A stretch of DNA of 64,000 nucleotides from the NCBI GenBank assembly GCA_030765505.1, contig JAVCCL010000020.1, positions 28,538-92,537 on the forward strand. Reading direction: 5' to 3'. Of this stretch, positions 19,286 through 30,284 are shown in pieces. The translations under genes and the position numbers were made by a program. Below the pieces are notes generated by a model that was not told the origin of the DNA, searched no databases, and saw only the letters and a list, made by a program, of their open reading frames with translations. Position 1 is the first letter of the stretch. Every line of letters starts with the position of its first letter. Origin of the DNA: Candidatus Kaelpia imicola (GTDB lineage Bacteria > Omnitrophota > Gorgyraeia > Kaelpiales > Kaelpiaceae).

Positions 19286-20338
19286 ATGGATTTTAAGAAA
19301 GGTTTAAAAGATTTTGTCGATGAGTTTGGTTTTTATATCTTTATACTCTTCTCTACATTTGTAATATCTCTCTTTGAAGCAGCTATCCCAAGGAGAATAT
19401 GTCTTGGTCAGTTATACTCCAAGGCTTTAGCTTTAAAGCAGGTGTGGGAAGAGAGGCTGGCTTTAAACGAAGAGAAGTTTTTAAATTTAGAAACTATTTT
19501 TGGTTCTCCGCTTTTTTTGATATTTTTGATATTCGCTTTTATCTCTATGGTTATGTTCTTAATCCAAATTTATAGAGCATTGACTTTAAAACCTCTTATA
19601 AAGAGATCCAATTTCTCTCCTTCTCCTCTCTGGAGTTTAAAAGATTTTCTTAAGATATTGGTTTGGGTTATATTCTGGCTTCAGATTTTCTCTGTCTCAG
19701 ATGAGTTGCTGGGATTTTTTATGAAAATATCGACCGAAAGAGAGTATATAGTCTTTAATCTTTTTAACTCATTTGCTTTAGATGTTACAATATTCGTTCT
19801 AATTTTATACTGGCTTAAGAAGTATTTCGGGCAGGGTCTGTCTGCAGTAGGTATAGGGCTTAAAAAGATGCTTTATTCTCTTAAAATAGCACTATCAAGC
19901 TATCTTTCTTTTATCCCTCTGCTCTTTATAGTTATGGTTTTAAGTTTGGCATTTTTGGGCAAGTATGAGAAAGCAAGTTCTCCGCAGTTGATATTCTTTT
20001 TTCTTCTTTTTGAAAAGAACCCTCTTGTTCTAACTTTGACCTCTCTCTTTGTCATTTTAATCGGGCCTTTTGTTGAAGAACTGTTTTTTAGAGGTCTGCT
20101 ATACACCGTTTTAAAAAAGTCAATAGGGGGATTACAGGCGCTCGTAATCTCATCTTTATTGTTTGCGTTTCTCCATATGAATATCATAGGTTTTTTTCCC
20201 ATACTGGCTTTAGCTTTTCTATTTGTATATCTTTATGAGAAGACGGGTTCTCTATGGTGCTCTATATTCGTGCATGTTCTGCATAATGGTTTTATATTGC
20301 TATTGATATTTCTCTGGAGGAGATATGTAGGGATATGA
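19286..20338 (+). CDS. CPBP family (CAAX-protease/Abi-like) intramembrane metalloprotease.
   Basis: Multi-TM protein with CPBP motifs 1-3 (FVEELFFRGLL, FAFLHMN, HVLHNGF). Confidence 0.75.
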   Translation: MDFKKGLKDFVDEFGFYIFILFSTFVISLFEAAIPRRICLGQLYSKALALKQVWEERLALNEEKFLNLETIFGSPLFLIFLIFAFISMVMFLIQIYRALTLKPLIKRSNFSPSPLWSLKDFLKILVWVIFWLQIFSVSDELLGFFMKISTEREYIVFNLFNSFALDVTIFVLILYWLKKYFGQGLSAVGIGLKKMLYSLKIALSSYLSFIPLLFIVMVLSLAFLGKYEKASSPQLIFFFLLFEKNPLVLTLTSLFVILIGPFVEELFFRGLLYTVLKKSIGGLQALVISSLLFAFLHMNIIGFFPILALAFLFVYLYEKTGSLWCSIFVHVLHNGFILLLIFLWRRYVGI

Positions 20339-21408
20339 TGGATTTTAAAGATTTCTACGGTAAGAGTTTTCATATAGAACATTTAAAATGGGATGGAAGC
20401 TGTCTTGAGGTTTTAGATCAGAGGCTGCTTCCTGATAAGATATTTTGGGTGAGCGCAAATAACATAGAGGATGTCTTTAATCTAATTAGAAAGATGTATA
20501 TTAGAGGTGCACCTCTAATAGGGATTGTTGCTGCTTTCGGGGTAGTTCTAAAGATAAAGTCTGACATGCCCAGAGATATTGCAGGGCTAGAGAGGCAGAT
20601 TGATAGTGCAATAGAGATATTATCTAAATCTCGGCCCACAGCGGTAAATCTACACTGGGCGTTAAGAAGAATTAAAGAAGTTTTCAATAAGAATAGAGAT
20701 AGAAATTTAATTGAATTGATAGATATTATAGAGAATGATGCACTATCTATATGGAAAGAGGATCTAGAGCAATCTTACAGAATAGGAGATTTAGGTTCTG
20801 AGCTAATAGAAGATGAGGATAACGTTCTAACGCATTGTAATGCTGGTGGACTTGCAACAGGGGGCTATGGTACGGCTCTGGCTGTATTCTTCAGCGCTAA
20901 AGAGAGAGGAAAGAATTTTTCCGTCTATGTAGATGAGACAAGGCCTCTGCTTCAAGGCGGGAGGTTGACTTGCTGGGAATTAAAAGAGGCAGGTATAGAT
21001 TATAAATTAATTACCGATAGCATGGCCGGGTTTTTAATGAAAGAGAAGAAGATAGACAAAGTGTTTGTCGGAGCCGACAGAATAGTTAAGAACGGTGATT
21101 TTGCCAATAAGATCGGTACTTATTCTTTAGCCAGACTTGCAGGGATACATAAATTACCTTTCTATGTTGTTGCTCCTTCAACCAGTTTCGACTTATCTCT
21201 GGATAGAGGAGAGGATATTCCCATTGAAAGAAGAGGTTCTGATGAGGTTCTTAAGATATCCGGGGTTAGAGTTGCGCCTTCCGGTACTAGAGTTGAAAAT
21301 CCGGCTTTCGATATAACCGAGTCTGAATTTATAACTGCCATAATAACTGAGAAAGGAATAATAGAGAGACCTTTTAAAGAGAGAATCAAGAAGGTGCTAA
21401 ATGGATGA
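20335..21408 (+). CDS. mtnA: S-methyl-5-thioribose-1-phosphate isomerase MtnA (eIF-2B alpha/beta/delta-like family).
   Basis: LEVLDQRLLP, IRGAPLIGIVAAFG and CNAGGLATGGYGTAL motifs of the MtnA/e2B2 family. 357 aa. Confidence 0.75.
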   Translation: MMDFKDFYGKSFHIEHLKWDGSCLEVLDQRLLPDKIFWVSANNIEDVFNLIRKMYIRGAPLIGIVAAFGVVLKIKSDMPRDIAGLERQIDSAIEILSKSRPTAVNLHWALRRIKEVFNKNRDRNLIELIDIIENDALSIWKEDLEQSYRIGDLGSELIEDEDNVLTHCNAGGLATGGYGTALAVFFSAKERGKNFSVYVDETRPLLQGGRLTCWELKEAGIDYKLITDSMAGFLMKEKKIDKVFVGADRIVKNGDFANKIGTYSLARLAGIHKLPFYVVAPSTSFDLSLDRGEDIPIERRGSDEVLKISGVRVAPSGTRVENPAFDITESEFITAIITEKGIIERPFKERIKKVLNG

Positions 21409-22285
21409 GGATAGATTGGTAACCTTATTAACTTCATTGTTTAAAGATGATAGAGGTTTAATAGGTATAGGAGATGATGCTGCGGTATTACCATATAAGG
21501 AGGGTGAGAATCTTCTCTTTACAACCGATACCATTATTGAAGGCAGACATTTTGTAAAGGATAGATTAAGCCCGTATTATATAGGCCGTAAGGCTATGGC
21601 GGTTAATATATCAGATATAGCTGCTATGGGAGGGGAGCCTCTCTATGCGGTGGTCAATCTTGGAATTAAAAGACTGGATAAAAGTTTTGTATCCAACATC
21701 TATAAGGGTATTAAGAATATAGCCGAAAGGTATGGCATAAAAATAGTGGGCGGTGATACGGTTAAGAGCAGCTCTCTTTTTTTGGCTGTTGCTATGATAG
21801 GCAAGGTTAAGAGTGGTCGTCTATTGACTCGATCCGGGGCTAAGACTGGCGATACTATCTATGTTACAGGTACTATTGGCGGAGCTACCTCTTCTTCTAA
21901 GCATTATAAATTTAATCCAAGATTGAAAGAGGCTCAATGGTTGAGTCGTAATTTCAAGATAAATTCTATGATAGATGTAACAGATGGCTTGATTTTAGAT
22001 CTTAGTAGATTATGCAGGGCTTCTAATAAAGGTGCTATCTTAGATAAAAGATTGATTCCTTTGTCAACAGGAGCAGCCAGCTTTAGCAGTGCAGTCAAAG
22101 AGGGGGAAGATTTCGAATTATTGTTTACCGCTTCAAAGAAGAGTAATATTCCAGGCTCTATTCCAGGTTGCGGTCTTAAAGTCAGGTCTATAGGCAATAT
22201 TATAGGAAAGAGAGATAGAATCCTTATTCAGGAGGCAGGACGGGTGAGAGAGGTTAAAGTAGGGGGTTATGACCATTTCAAGTAA
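21401..22285 (+). CDS. thiL: Thiamine-monophosphate kinase ThiL.
   Basis: PurM-like fold motifs (IGIGDDAAVL, AVNISDIAAMGGEP, KIVGGDT). Confidence 0.85.
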   Translation: MDEDRLVTLLTSLFKDDRGLIGIGDDAAVLPYKEGENLLFTTDTIIEGRHFVKDRLSPYYIGRKAMAVNISDIAAMGGEPLYAVVNLGIKRLDKSFVSNIYKGIKNIAERYGIKIVGGDTVKSSSLFLAVAMIGKVKSGRLLTRSGAKTGDTIYVTGTIGGATSSSKHYKFNPRLKEAQWLSRNFKINSMIDVTDGLILDLSRLCRASNKGAILDKRLIPLSTGAASFSSAVKEGEDFELLFTASKKSNIPGSIPGCGLKVRSIGNIIGKRDRILIQEAGRVREVKVGGYDHFK

Positions 22286-22730
22286 AAAGATTTATACTAA
22301 TTCTGAGCAGGAGACTTTTAATTTAGGCAAGAATATGGCGAACTCTATCTCTCCTGGGGTAGTGGTCGGTTTTGAGGGAGAGCTGGGTGCGGGTAAGACC
22401 GTTCTTGTAAAAGGTATTCTGGCAGGATTAGGATATGAGCCCAAAAATGTAGTTAGCGCTTCTTTTGTTTTAGCCCAGGAATATAAAGCCAGGTTCCCTG
22501 TTGTTCATATGGATCTTTATAGATTGACCAATAAAGCTGAAATATTTGAAATTGATTGGGATGATTACATTTCCAGAGAGAATGTCGTTCTTGTAGAATG
22601 GGCGGAAAAAACCAAAGGCGTTTTAATTCTGGATGTTTCGGTAAAGATAGTTCTTCTATCCGAAGATAGGCAGCGGTTAGTAGAGGTTGATACAGATAAC
22701 GTAAAATTTTTAAAGGAGATAACTTTTTAA
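22269..22730 (+). CDS. tsaE: tRNA threonylcarbamoyladenosine (t6A) biosynthesis ATPase TsaE (YjeE).
   Basis: P-loop GELGAGKTVLVKGI. 153 aa. Followed by tsaB. Confidence 0.85.
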   Translation: MTISSKKIYTNSEQETFNLGKNMANSISPGVVVGFEGELGAGKTVLVKGILAGLGYEPKNVVSASFVLAQEYKARFPVVHMDLYRLTNKAEIFEIDWDDYISRENVVLVEWAEKTKGVLILDVSVKIVLLSEDRQRLVEVDTDNVKFLKEITF

Positions 22731-22735
22731 TTAAG

Positions 22736-23413
22736 ATGTTTATTCTTGGGATAGATGCTTCTTCAGATCGGTTGAATATCGGATTGGGTAAAGATGGCGA
22801 GCTGGTCTCCAGCCTATCACTGGAAAATCCTCGTAAGCATACAGCCTTGTTATATAAATATATTAATGCGGTATTAGAGAAGAGAGGGATAGCAGTTGAA
22901 GATCTAAGTTGTTTTGCTGCTGTTGTAGGTCCAGGTTCCTTTACTGGAATAAGGATAGCTGTTACAGCAGTTAAGGCTCTTGCTTATGCTTTAGATAAAG
23001 ACGTGGTGGCTTTAAACTCTTTGGATCTATTAGCCTTGAACGCATCTCCTTTTAAAGGCGATACTGTTGCTTCTTTAATGGACGGCAAGAGAGGCAATAT
23101 CTATTTTTCTAAGTATAAAAGAAGTGGGGATGGCTTTAAAAGAGTTAGTGAATATGCTCTAATATCTGCAGAAGAAGCTGGAGATAGATTAAAAGATCTG
23201 GATATTGTTTTGGGAGATGGAGTTGATATGTTAAGAGAAGTTTATCCTCATATAGAGAATAACTTAAATATTCCAGATAAAGAGAGCTGGTCTATAAAGC
23301 CTGAATATATGATAAGTTCAGCTTTTCACAATTGGAATAATGGAGAGAGGGAGAATATATTTGATTTAAAGCCCGTTTATATTTATCCTAAAGAGTGTAC
23401 GATAAGGAGATAG
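22736..23413 (+). CDS. tsaB: tRNA t6A biosynthesis protein TsaB (YeaZ).
   Basis: ASKHA-fold N-terminus (ILGIDASSDRLNIGL, GPGSFTGIRIAV). 225 aa. Adjacent to tsaE. Confidence 0.8.
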   Translation: MFILGIDASSDRLNIGLGKDGELVSSLSLENPRKHTALLYKYINAVLEKRGIAVEDLSCFAAVVGPGSFTGIRIAVTAVKALAYALDKDVVALNSLDLLALNASPFKGDTVASLMDGKRGNIYFSKYKRSGDGFKRVSEYALISAEEAGDRLKDLDIVLGDGVDMLREVYPHIENNLNIPDKESWSIKPEYMISSAFHNWNNGERENIFDLKPVYIYPKECTIRR

Positions 23414-23434
23414 TATAATTAAAAAAGGTGTAAT

Positions 23435-24562
23435 ATGCAGATAGACCTAAGAAATAGAATATCCTCCAGATGCTGGTTAGAGATAGATTTAAATATTTTA
23501 AGGTCTAATCTCCTAAATTTAAGAAAGTTTTTAAAATCAGAAGTCGGCATTATTGCTGTTGTAAAGAGTGATGCCTATGAGCATGGAATAAAAGAGGTTG
23601 TAGAAACCCTGGCAGATCTGGTCGATATCTTTGCAGTCTCCAGCCTTAATAAAGCCTATGAGATTAAAGAATGCGGCATAGATAAACCCATTCTCTTCCT
23701 CTCTAATCCTTTAGGGGCTGATGATCTAAATTTTATAATAGAGAAGGATATAATTCCGGTTATAAATAGCATTGAGTTTTTAGATTCTTTTCAAAGAAGA
23801 GCCGTACAGGCTGGTATTAAAATTCCGGTACATATCAAAATTGATACTGGTATGTCTAGATTAGGTGTAGGGTGGGAGGAGAGCAATAGACTGATAAAGG
23901 CTCTTCTTAAAGCCAGCCATCTTGATGTTCAAGGCTGCTTTACTCATTTTGCACATGCTGAAGATATAGATTTTACGAGGTTGCAGGCAGAGAGATTTCA
24001 ACATTCAAGAACTCTTCTTAAGTCCCATGGTTATAATTTTATATCTCATGCGGCCAATAGTTCTGCAACTTTACGCATGCCTTCTCTCTGGTATGATTTT
24101 GTAAGACCGGGGCTGATTCTTTATGGGGTATACCCTGATTCTGGAGTAAAAAATAGAATTAGGATAACCCAGGCTATGAGCTTTAAAACCCGCCTTATAG
24201 AGATAAAGACTGTAAGAAGGGGGAGTTTTATAGGATATTGCTGTACCTATAAAGCTTCTTTGGATATGAAGATAGGCATTATTCCTGTAGGTTATAATCA
24301 GGGTATTCCTTGGAGTTCTTCAAATAGAGGTTCAGTTCTTCTGAGGTCCAAAAGAGTGCCTATTTTAGGTAGAATTTCTATGGATCAGATAATCGTTGAT
24401 TTAAGGGAGGTCGAAGAGGCTCAGATAGGTGATGAGATTGTAATTACAGGAAAACAGGGGACTGAAGAGATAAGAATTGAAGAGCTGGCTGAGTTATCCA
24501 ATACAATCCCTTATGAAGTTTTATGTAGTTTGGGCAAAGCTAAAGACAGAGTCTATCTTTAA
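23435..24562 (+). CDS. alr: Alanine racemase.
   Basis: PLP-lysine motif (AVVKSDAYEHG) and overall alanine-racemase architecture. 375 aa. Confidence 0.85.
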   Translation: MQIDLRNRISSRCWLEIDLNILRSNLLNLRKFLKSEVGIIAVVKSDAYEHGIKEVVETLADLVDIFAVSSLNKAYEIKECGIDKPILFLSNPLGADDLNFIIEKDIIPVINSIEFLDSFQRRAVQAGIKIPVHIKIDTGMSRLGVGWEESNRLIKALLKASHLDVQGCFTHFAHAEDIDFTRLQAERFQHSRTLLKSHGYNFISHAANSSATLRMPSLWYDFVRPGLILYGVYPDSGVKNRIRITQAMSFKTRLIEIKTVRRGSFIGYCCTYKASLDMKIGIIPVGYNQGIPWSSSNRGSVLLRSKRVPILGRISMDQIIVDLREVEEAQIGDEIVITGKQGTEEIRIEELAELSNTIPYEVLCSLGKAKDRVYL

Positions 24563-24652
24563 CTTGTTTAATTTATTAAATTATTTTTTTGTTGTCTATA
24601 ATTTTAGAGCTGTTGTTATTTTTAGATAATAGATTTGCAAAAGGAGGTAGGA

Positions 24653-26305
24653 ATGCGTAGTGATAAAATAAAGAGAGGAGTGGAGCGGGTTCCGCATAGG
24701 GCGTTGCTCTATGCAACAGGAGTATCTAAGACTGCCTGGAGAAAACCTTTTATAGGGATGGTTTCAAGTTTTACTGATCTTGTGCCGGGACATGTTAATA
24801 TGCGTGTTTTAGAGCGTGCAATTGAGCAGGGTGTGTTCTCTGGAGGCGGTGTGGGTTTTTATTTTAGTGTACCCGGTATCTGTGATGGTGTTGCAATGGG
24901 GCATAGCGGTATGAGGTATTCTTTACCGTCGCGTGAATTGATAGCAGATATGATCGAGAGCACTGCTAATGCTCATCAGCTTGATGGTCTTGTCTGTCTC
25001 ACTGATTGCGATAAGATTACTCCGGGTATGCTGATGGCTGTTGCCAGAATTAATATACCTGCGATTATTGTTACGGCCGGGCCCATGCTTGCCGGTAATT
25101 ATAAAGGTAAGAGGCTCTCTTTAGTCCGTGATACTTTTGAAGCCATAGGTCAATATAGAGCAGGTAATATATCAAGAGATGAACTTACTGAATTAGAGTG
25201 CCGTGCTTGTCCTGGAGCTGGTTCATGCCAGGGAATGTATACAGCAAATACAATGGCCTGTTTAACGGAGGCATTAGGAATGAGCCTTCCTCTCTGTGCC
25301 ACCTCTCCGGCTGTGTCTGCTGAGGCGGTAAGAATTGCAAGAGATAGCGGCGAAAGGGTTGTGGAGCTTGTAAAGAAAGATATAAAGCCAAGAGATATAA
25401 TGAATAATAAATCGTTTGATAATGCTATAGCAGTTGATATGGCTTTGGGTGGTTCGACAAATACTGTCTTACACCTTAAAGCTGTTGCGCATGAAGCAGG
25501 AGTAGAATTATCACTGGATAGGTTTGATCAGATAAGCAAGAAGACTCCTAATATTTGTAAGCTCAGGCCGGCTGGAGATTACATGATGGAGGATCTACAT
25601 AGAGCAGGGGGTATACCGGCTGTTCTTAAGAGGCTTAAAAAATTAATCAAAAACAATATTACTACCTCAGGTCATATGGTTCATAAAATCTTAGATAATG
25701 CAGAGATATTTGATGATGATATTATAAGGTCAACAGATAGAGCCTATTCTAAAGAGGGTGGTATTGCGATATTAAAGGGTAATATTGCTCAAGATGGTGC
25801 GGTTGTTAAACAGTCGGCGGTATCTAAGGAAATGCTTAAATTCAAAGGTAAGGCCAGGGTTTTTAATTCTGAAGAGGCTGCAAATAAGGCTATTTTAGAC
25901 GGTAAGATAAAGAAGGGGTCGGTTGTTGTTATAAGATATGAAGGACCTAAGGGCGGTCCCGGTATGCGTGAGATGCTGGCTCCGACTTCAGCCGTATATG
26001 GTATGGGTTTAGCTAATGATGTTGCCTTGATAACTGATGGCAGGTTTTCAGGAGGTACCCGTGGGCCCTGTATCGGACATATCTCTCCAGAGGCCCAAGA
26101 AGGGGGTGCTATTGCTTTAATTCAGGAGGGAGATGTTATTAAGGTTGATATTCCTAAAGGAAAGTTAAATCTTTTGATCTCCGAGAAAGAGTTAAAAGAG
26201 AGAAAAAAGAGATGGCGTAGTCCAGAGTTAAAAGTAAAAGAGGGCTGGCTCTCCCGCTACGCGAAGCTGGTTAGCTCTGCCAGTACAGGGGCTGTTTTTA
26301 AATAA
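24653..26305 (+). CDS. ilvD: Dihydroxy-acid dehydratase IlvD.
   Basis: IlvD/EDD family motifs ([26 protein letters not shown]). The ATG at 24653 is preceded by the RBS AAGGAGG and is preferred over the upstream ATG at 24635. Confidence 0.9.
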   Translation: MRSDKIKRGVERVPHRALLYATGVSKTAWRKPFIGMVSSFTDLVPGHVNMRVLERAIEQGVFSGGGVGFYFSVPGICDGVAMGHSGMRYSLPSRELIADMIESTANAHQLDGLVCLTDCDKITPGMLMAVARINIPAIIVTAGPMLAGNYKGKRLSLVRDTFEAIGQYRAGNISRDELTELECRACPGAGSCQGMYTANTMACLTEALGMSLPLCATSPAVSAEAVRIARDSGERVVELVKKDIKPRDIMNNKSFDNAIAVDMALGGSTNTVLHLKAVAHEAGVELSLDRFDQISKKTPNICKLRPAGDYMMEDLHRAGGIPAVLKRLKKLIKNNITTSGHMVHKILDNAEIFDDDIIRSTDRAYSKEGGIAILKGNIAQDGAVVKQSAVSKEMLKFKGKARVFNSEEAANKAILDGKIKKGSVVVIRYEGPKGGPGMREMLAPTSAVYGMGLANDVALITDGRFSGGTRGPCIGHISPEAQEGGAIALIQEGDVIKVDIPKGKLNLLISEKELKERKKRWRSPELKVKEGWLSRYAKLVSSASTGAVFK

Positions 26306-26314
26306 GCTTTTGCA

Positions 26315-27766
26315 ATGATAACTTCTCAGATAGAGAAAATAGATAATTATAGGTGGCGTATACCGAGAGATTATCAGAAAGGTATGAGAGTTCCGGGGAT
26401 AGTCTACGCCACTGAGGATATGTTTGATAAAGCTATAGACAGTCAGGCCTTTAAGCAGGTTGCCAATGTTGCCCATCTTCCTGGGATAGTTAAATACTCT
26501 CTGGCCATGCCCGATATCCACTGGGGTTATGGTTTTCCAATAGGAGGGGTTGCAGCAACCGATCCTGACAATGGCGGTGTTATCTCACCCGGTGGAGTTG
26601 GGTATGATATAAACTGCGGCTTAAGGCTTTTACGTTCGGATATAGAGTATAAGGATATTGAAAAAGAGGTTATCAATTTGGTTTCATCTATCTATTCCTC
26701 TGTTCCTGCAGGAGTTGGCTCAAAAGGTGATGTCAGATTGTCCAGAAAAGAGGAGAGGAGTCTTTTATTAAAGGGTGCAAGGTGGACTGTTGAGAAAGGA
26801 TTTGGAGTAAAAGAAGATCTAACATACTGCGAAGAGAATGGTCAGATAGAGGGAGCAGATCCTGATAAAGTAAGCGATAGAGCATATGAGAGAGGTAGAG
26901 ACCAGTGTGGAACTCTTGGTTCCGGGAATCATTTCTTAGAGATTCAGGTGATAGATGAGATATACGATGAGTATTCTGCTGATAGGTTAGGACTAAAGAG
27001 AGGTGCTGTCACAGTAATGATCCATACCGGTTCTCGCGGGTTTGGTTACCAGGTCTGCGATGATTATTTAAAGACCATGGTTAAAGCAGTCAGTAAATAC
27101 GATATAAGCATTCCAGATAGACAGCTCGCTTCCGCTCCCATTAATTCTAGGGAAGCGAAAGATTATATCGGGGCTATGAGATCTGCTGCTAACTATGCCT
27201 GGGCTAATCGGCAATATATTACTTATTTAATAAGGACTGTTTTTGAAAAGGTCTTTGCTCAGAGCTGGGACTCTTTGGGACTCAATTTAGTATATGATGT
27301 TGCTCATAATATTGCAAAATTCGAAAAACATATTGTAGATGGAAAGAAGAAAATATTATGTGTTCACAGAAAAGGTGCGACACGTGCATTCGGACCTGAT
27401 CATCCTGAGATACCGGAAAAATATAAAGATATAGGTCAACCTGTGATTATACCCGGAGATATGGGTACGGCCTCCTATCTTCTGCTTGGAACTGAATCTG
27501 CAATGAGAGAGAGTTTTGGTTCAACCTGCCATGGGGCAGGCAGGGTTATGTCCAGAACGGAAGCGATTAAAAAAGGCAGGAATAGATCTATTAGTAAAGA
27601 GCTTAAAGATAGAGGAATATTTGTTTTATCTAGAGGCAAGAAGACATTGATTGAAGAGATGCCTGATGCATATAAAGATATAGACCAGGTGGTTGATGTT
27701 GTTGTGTCGGCGGGAATATCAAAAAAAGTTTGTAGAATGAGACCGGTTGGTGTTGTTAAAGGGTAG
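26315..27766 (+). CDS. rtcB: RNA-splicing ligase RtcB.
   Basis: GYDINCGLRL, GSGNHFLEIQ and HTGSRGFG motifs of RtcB. 483 aa. Confidence 0.9.
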   Translation: MITSQIEKIDNYRWRIPRDYQKGMRVPGIVYATEDMFDKAIDSQAFKQVANVAHLPGIVKYSLAMPDIHWGYGFPIGGVAATDPDNGGVISPGGVGYDINCGLRLLRSDIEYKDIEKEVINLVSSIYSSVPAGVGSKGDVRLSRKEERSLLLKGARWTVEKGFGVKEDLTYCEENGQIEGADPDKVSDRAYERGRDQCGTLGSGNHFLEIQVIDEIYDEYSADRLGLKRGAVTVMIHTGSRGFGYQVCDDYLKTMVKAVSKYDISIPDRQLASAPINSREAKDYIGAMRSAANYAWANRQYITYLIRTVFEKVFAQSWDSLGLNLVYDVAHNIAKFEKHIVDGKKKILCVHRKGATRAFGPDHPEIPEKYKDIGQPVIIPGDMGTASYLLLGTESAMRESFGSTCHGAGRVMSRTEAIKKGRNRSISKELKDRGIFVLSRGKKTLIEEMPDAYKDIDQVVDVVVSAGISKKVCRMRPVGVVKG

Positions 27767-27794
27767 TTAGTTGCGATAAAAACAGGGAGGATAT

Positions 27795-29048
27795 ATGTTG
27801 GATCCAAAATTTATTCGTGAAAATAGTAATTTAATAAGAGAGTCTTTAAAGAATCGTAATATGGATTTCGATATAAGCAATTTTTTAGATTTAGATGAAA
27901 AGAGAAGAGTTTTTATAAAAGAGATAGATGATTTAAGGTCTGAGCATAACAGGGAGAACAAGAAGATTCCGGAATTAAAGAAGAGAGGTGAAAATATTAA
28001 TGTTAAGTTAGAAGAGTTAAAAAAGCTCTCCGATAAAATAAGTTCTAAAGAACAAGATTTAAAAGATAGGGAAGATAAATTAAAAGTTTTACTTCTGAAT
28101 ATTCCTAATATTCCGCATCAATCTGTTCCTGTTGGCCCTGATGCTTCTTTTAATAAAATAGTTAGAGAATGGGGTGGAGACAAGAAGTTTGATTTTAAGC
28201 CTCTAACTCATATTGAATTAGCCGAACATTTAGATATTATTGATTTTTCAAGAGCAGCTAAGATAACAGGATCTAATTTTATTCTATTTAAAGGTTTTGG
28301 GGCAAAGCTTGTCAGGGTGTTAATGAATTTTATGTTAGATTTACATACTCAAAAGCATGGCTATTGCGAAGTATGGCCTCCATTATTAGTCAATAGGGAT
28401 AGTATGATTAGCACAGGTCAACTGCCTAAGTTAGAAGAGGATATGTATAAACTGAACGGCGAAGATTACTTCTTAATTCCTACGGCTGAAGTACCTCTAA
28501 CCAATATTCACAGAGATGAGATTTTGAATGAAGACGACCTGCCTATCTATTATACGGCTTATACTCCCTGCTTTAGAAAAGAGGCAGGCTCTTACGGTAA
28601 AGATACTAAAGGTTTAATTAGAGTACATCAGTTTGATAAGGTCGAGATGGTTAAGTTTACTACCCCTGAATCTTCTTGGGATGAACATGAGAAGTTAACT
28701 CAAGATGCGGAAGAGGTTTTACAGCTTCTGGGTTTAAGATATAGAGTTGTTGCACTCTCAACAGGTGATCTATCGTTTGCGGCTTCTAAGTGCTATGATT
28801 TAGAAGCTTGGACATCGGGATTAGAGAGGTGGCTTGAGGTCTCAAGCTGCTCTAATTTTACTGATTTTCAGGCCAGGCGGGCTAATATAAAAATGAGAAG
28901 AAAGGATGGCTCTTTAACTTATGTACATACTCTCAACGGTTCCGGACTTGCTTTCGCCAGGATTATAATATGCCTTCTAGAGGTTTACCAGCAGAAAGAC
29001 GGTTCTATCTCTATTCCTGATGTTTTACGTCCTTATATGGAAAAATAG
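27795..29048 (+). CDS. serS: Serine--tRNA ligase SerS.
   Basis: N-terminal coiled-coil arm and a class II catalytic core (FRKEAGSYGKDTKGLIRVHQFDKVEM, GSGLAFARI). Confidence 0.9.
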   Translation: MLDPKFIRENSNLIRESLKNRNMDFDISNFLDLDEKRRVFIKEIDDLRSEHNRENKKIPELKKRGENINVKLEELKKLSDKISSKEQDLKDREDKLKVLLLNIPNIPHQSVPVGPDASFNKIVREWGGDKKFDFKPLTHIELAEHLDIIDFSRAAKITGSNFILFKGFGAKLVRVLMNFMLDLHTQKHGYCEVWPPLLVNRDSMISTGQLPKLEEDMYKLNGEDYFLIPTAEVPLTNIHRDEILNEDDLPIYYTAYTPCFRKEAGSYGKDTKGLIRVHQFDKVEMVKFTTPESSWDEHEKLTQDAEEVLQLLGLRYRVVALSTGDLSFAASKCYDLEAWTSGLERWLEVSSCSNFTDFQARRANIKMRRKDGSLTYVHTLNGSGLAFARIIICLLEVYQQKDGSISIPDVLRPYMEK

Positions 29049-29156
29049 GTAAAATAACATTTTAATAATATTTAAAGATAGATACTTTAGTTTTAGATGT
29101 CTTTTCCATTGCATAATCCTCTATTTCTATTACAATTTAACAATAGCTTTTAGTCC

Positions 29157-29244
29157 GGAGGCGTGGCAGAGCGGACTAATGCGGCGGTCTTGAAAACCGT
29201 TGTCCTTTACGGGACCAGGGGTTCAAATCCTCTCGCCTCCGCCA
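29157..29244 (+). tRNA. tRNA-Ser (anticodon UGA), class II with a long variable arm.
   Basis: Manual fold: acceptor GGAGGCG/CGCCTCC, 3-bp D stem, anticodon stem GCGGT/ACCGT, loop CTTGAAA (anticodon TGA), 16-nt variable arm, T arm AGGGG-TTCAAAT-CCTCT, 3' CCA encoded. Immediately downstream of serS. Confidence 0.85.
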
Positions 29245-29303
29245 TTTCTTGTATTGTGAATGTAATATATTACTGTTAGTGTATAACTTAGGAGGTTAAA
29301 TCA

Positions 29304-30125
29304 ATGGTTAAGTTTAGTAGCATATCTGAGGCAAAAATAAGTCGAGCTATAGTTAAGGAATTCAACGAATTTTTATCTAATTATATAGAGTCTGATGTCA
29401 TTATAGTTGGCGGTGGTCCATCTGGATTAATGGCTGGCAAGAGGTTGGCTGAAAATGGTTTTAAAACTCTTTTAATAGAGGCTAACAATTATCTTGGAGG
29501 AGGATTCTGGATGGGTGGATTCTTCATGAATACTGTCACTTTCCGTGATCCTTCTCAGAGAATTTTAAAAGAGATTGGGGTTCCTTATAAAGAGGCAGAG
29601 GCTGGTCTATTTACTGTAGATGGGCCGCATGTTTGTTCACGCTTGATTGCCAGTGCTTGTGACGCTGGATTAAAAATATTAAATCTTGTCAGGTTTGATG
29701 ATCTTGTATTAAAGAAGAATAACAAAGTTGGCGGTGTAGTTATAAACTGGGCCGCAGTAGAAAGTCTACCCAAGCAAGTACGTTGTATAGACCCTATTGC
29801 AATAGAGTCTAGGTTGGTAATAGATTCTACTGGTCATGATGCATGTGTAGCAAATCAATTGGCAAAACTTGGGTTATTAGAGATGAAAGGTGAAAAATCT
29901 ATGTGGGTTGAGAAATCTGAGGATTTAATTGTTGAGCAGACCGGCGAAGTTCATCCGGGTTTGATTGTTACAGGTATGGCCGTAGCTTCAGTCTATGGTG
30001 TCCCCAGAATGGGGCCTACTTTTGGAGCTATGCTTTATTCTGGAATAAAAGGTGCTGATGAGGCTAAAAGAATTTTGAGTTCTTCTAGTCCTAATATATC
30101 GGATAGAGAAGAAATACTGAGCTAA
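29304..30125 (+). CDS. thi4: Thi4-family thiazole synthase (putative thiamine thiazole moiety synthase).
   Basis: FAD-binding IIVGGGPSGLMAGKRLAE. Thi4 core (EANNYLGGGFWMGGFFMN, DSTGHDACV). 273 aa. Confidence 0.85.
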   Translation: MVKFSSISEAKISRAIVKEFNEFLSNYIESDVIIVGGGPSGLMAGKRLAENGFKTLLIEANNYLGGGFWMGGFFMNTVTFRDPSQRILKEIGVPYKEAEAGLFTVDGPHVCSRLIASACDAGLKILNLVRFDDLVLKKNNKVGGVVINWAAVESLPKQVRCIDPIAIESRLVIDSTGHDACVANQLAKLGLLEMKGEKSMWVEKSEDLIVEQTGEVHPGLIVTGMAVASVYGVPRMGPTFGAMLYSGIKGADEAKRILSSSSPNISDREEILS

Positions 30126-30284
30126 TATTCTAAATTTATTTTTATAAGTTTTGATATTTATGATTGAAAATGTTATTTCTATTTAAAAGTGAGAATTTTA
30201 TTGCTCCAAGATGTCTATGCTTTATCTTAGCCGTTATCCGAAAAAATAGCCACCAGACTTATCTCTGGGCGAATTAAAATCCAC

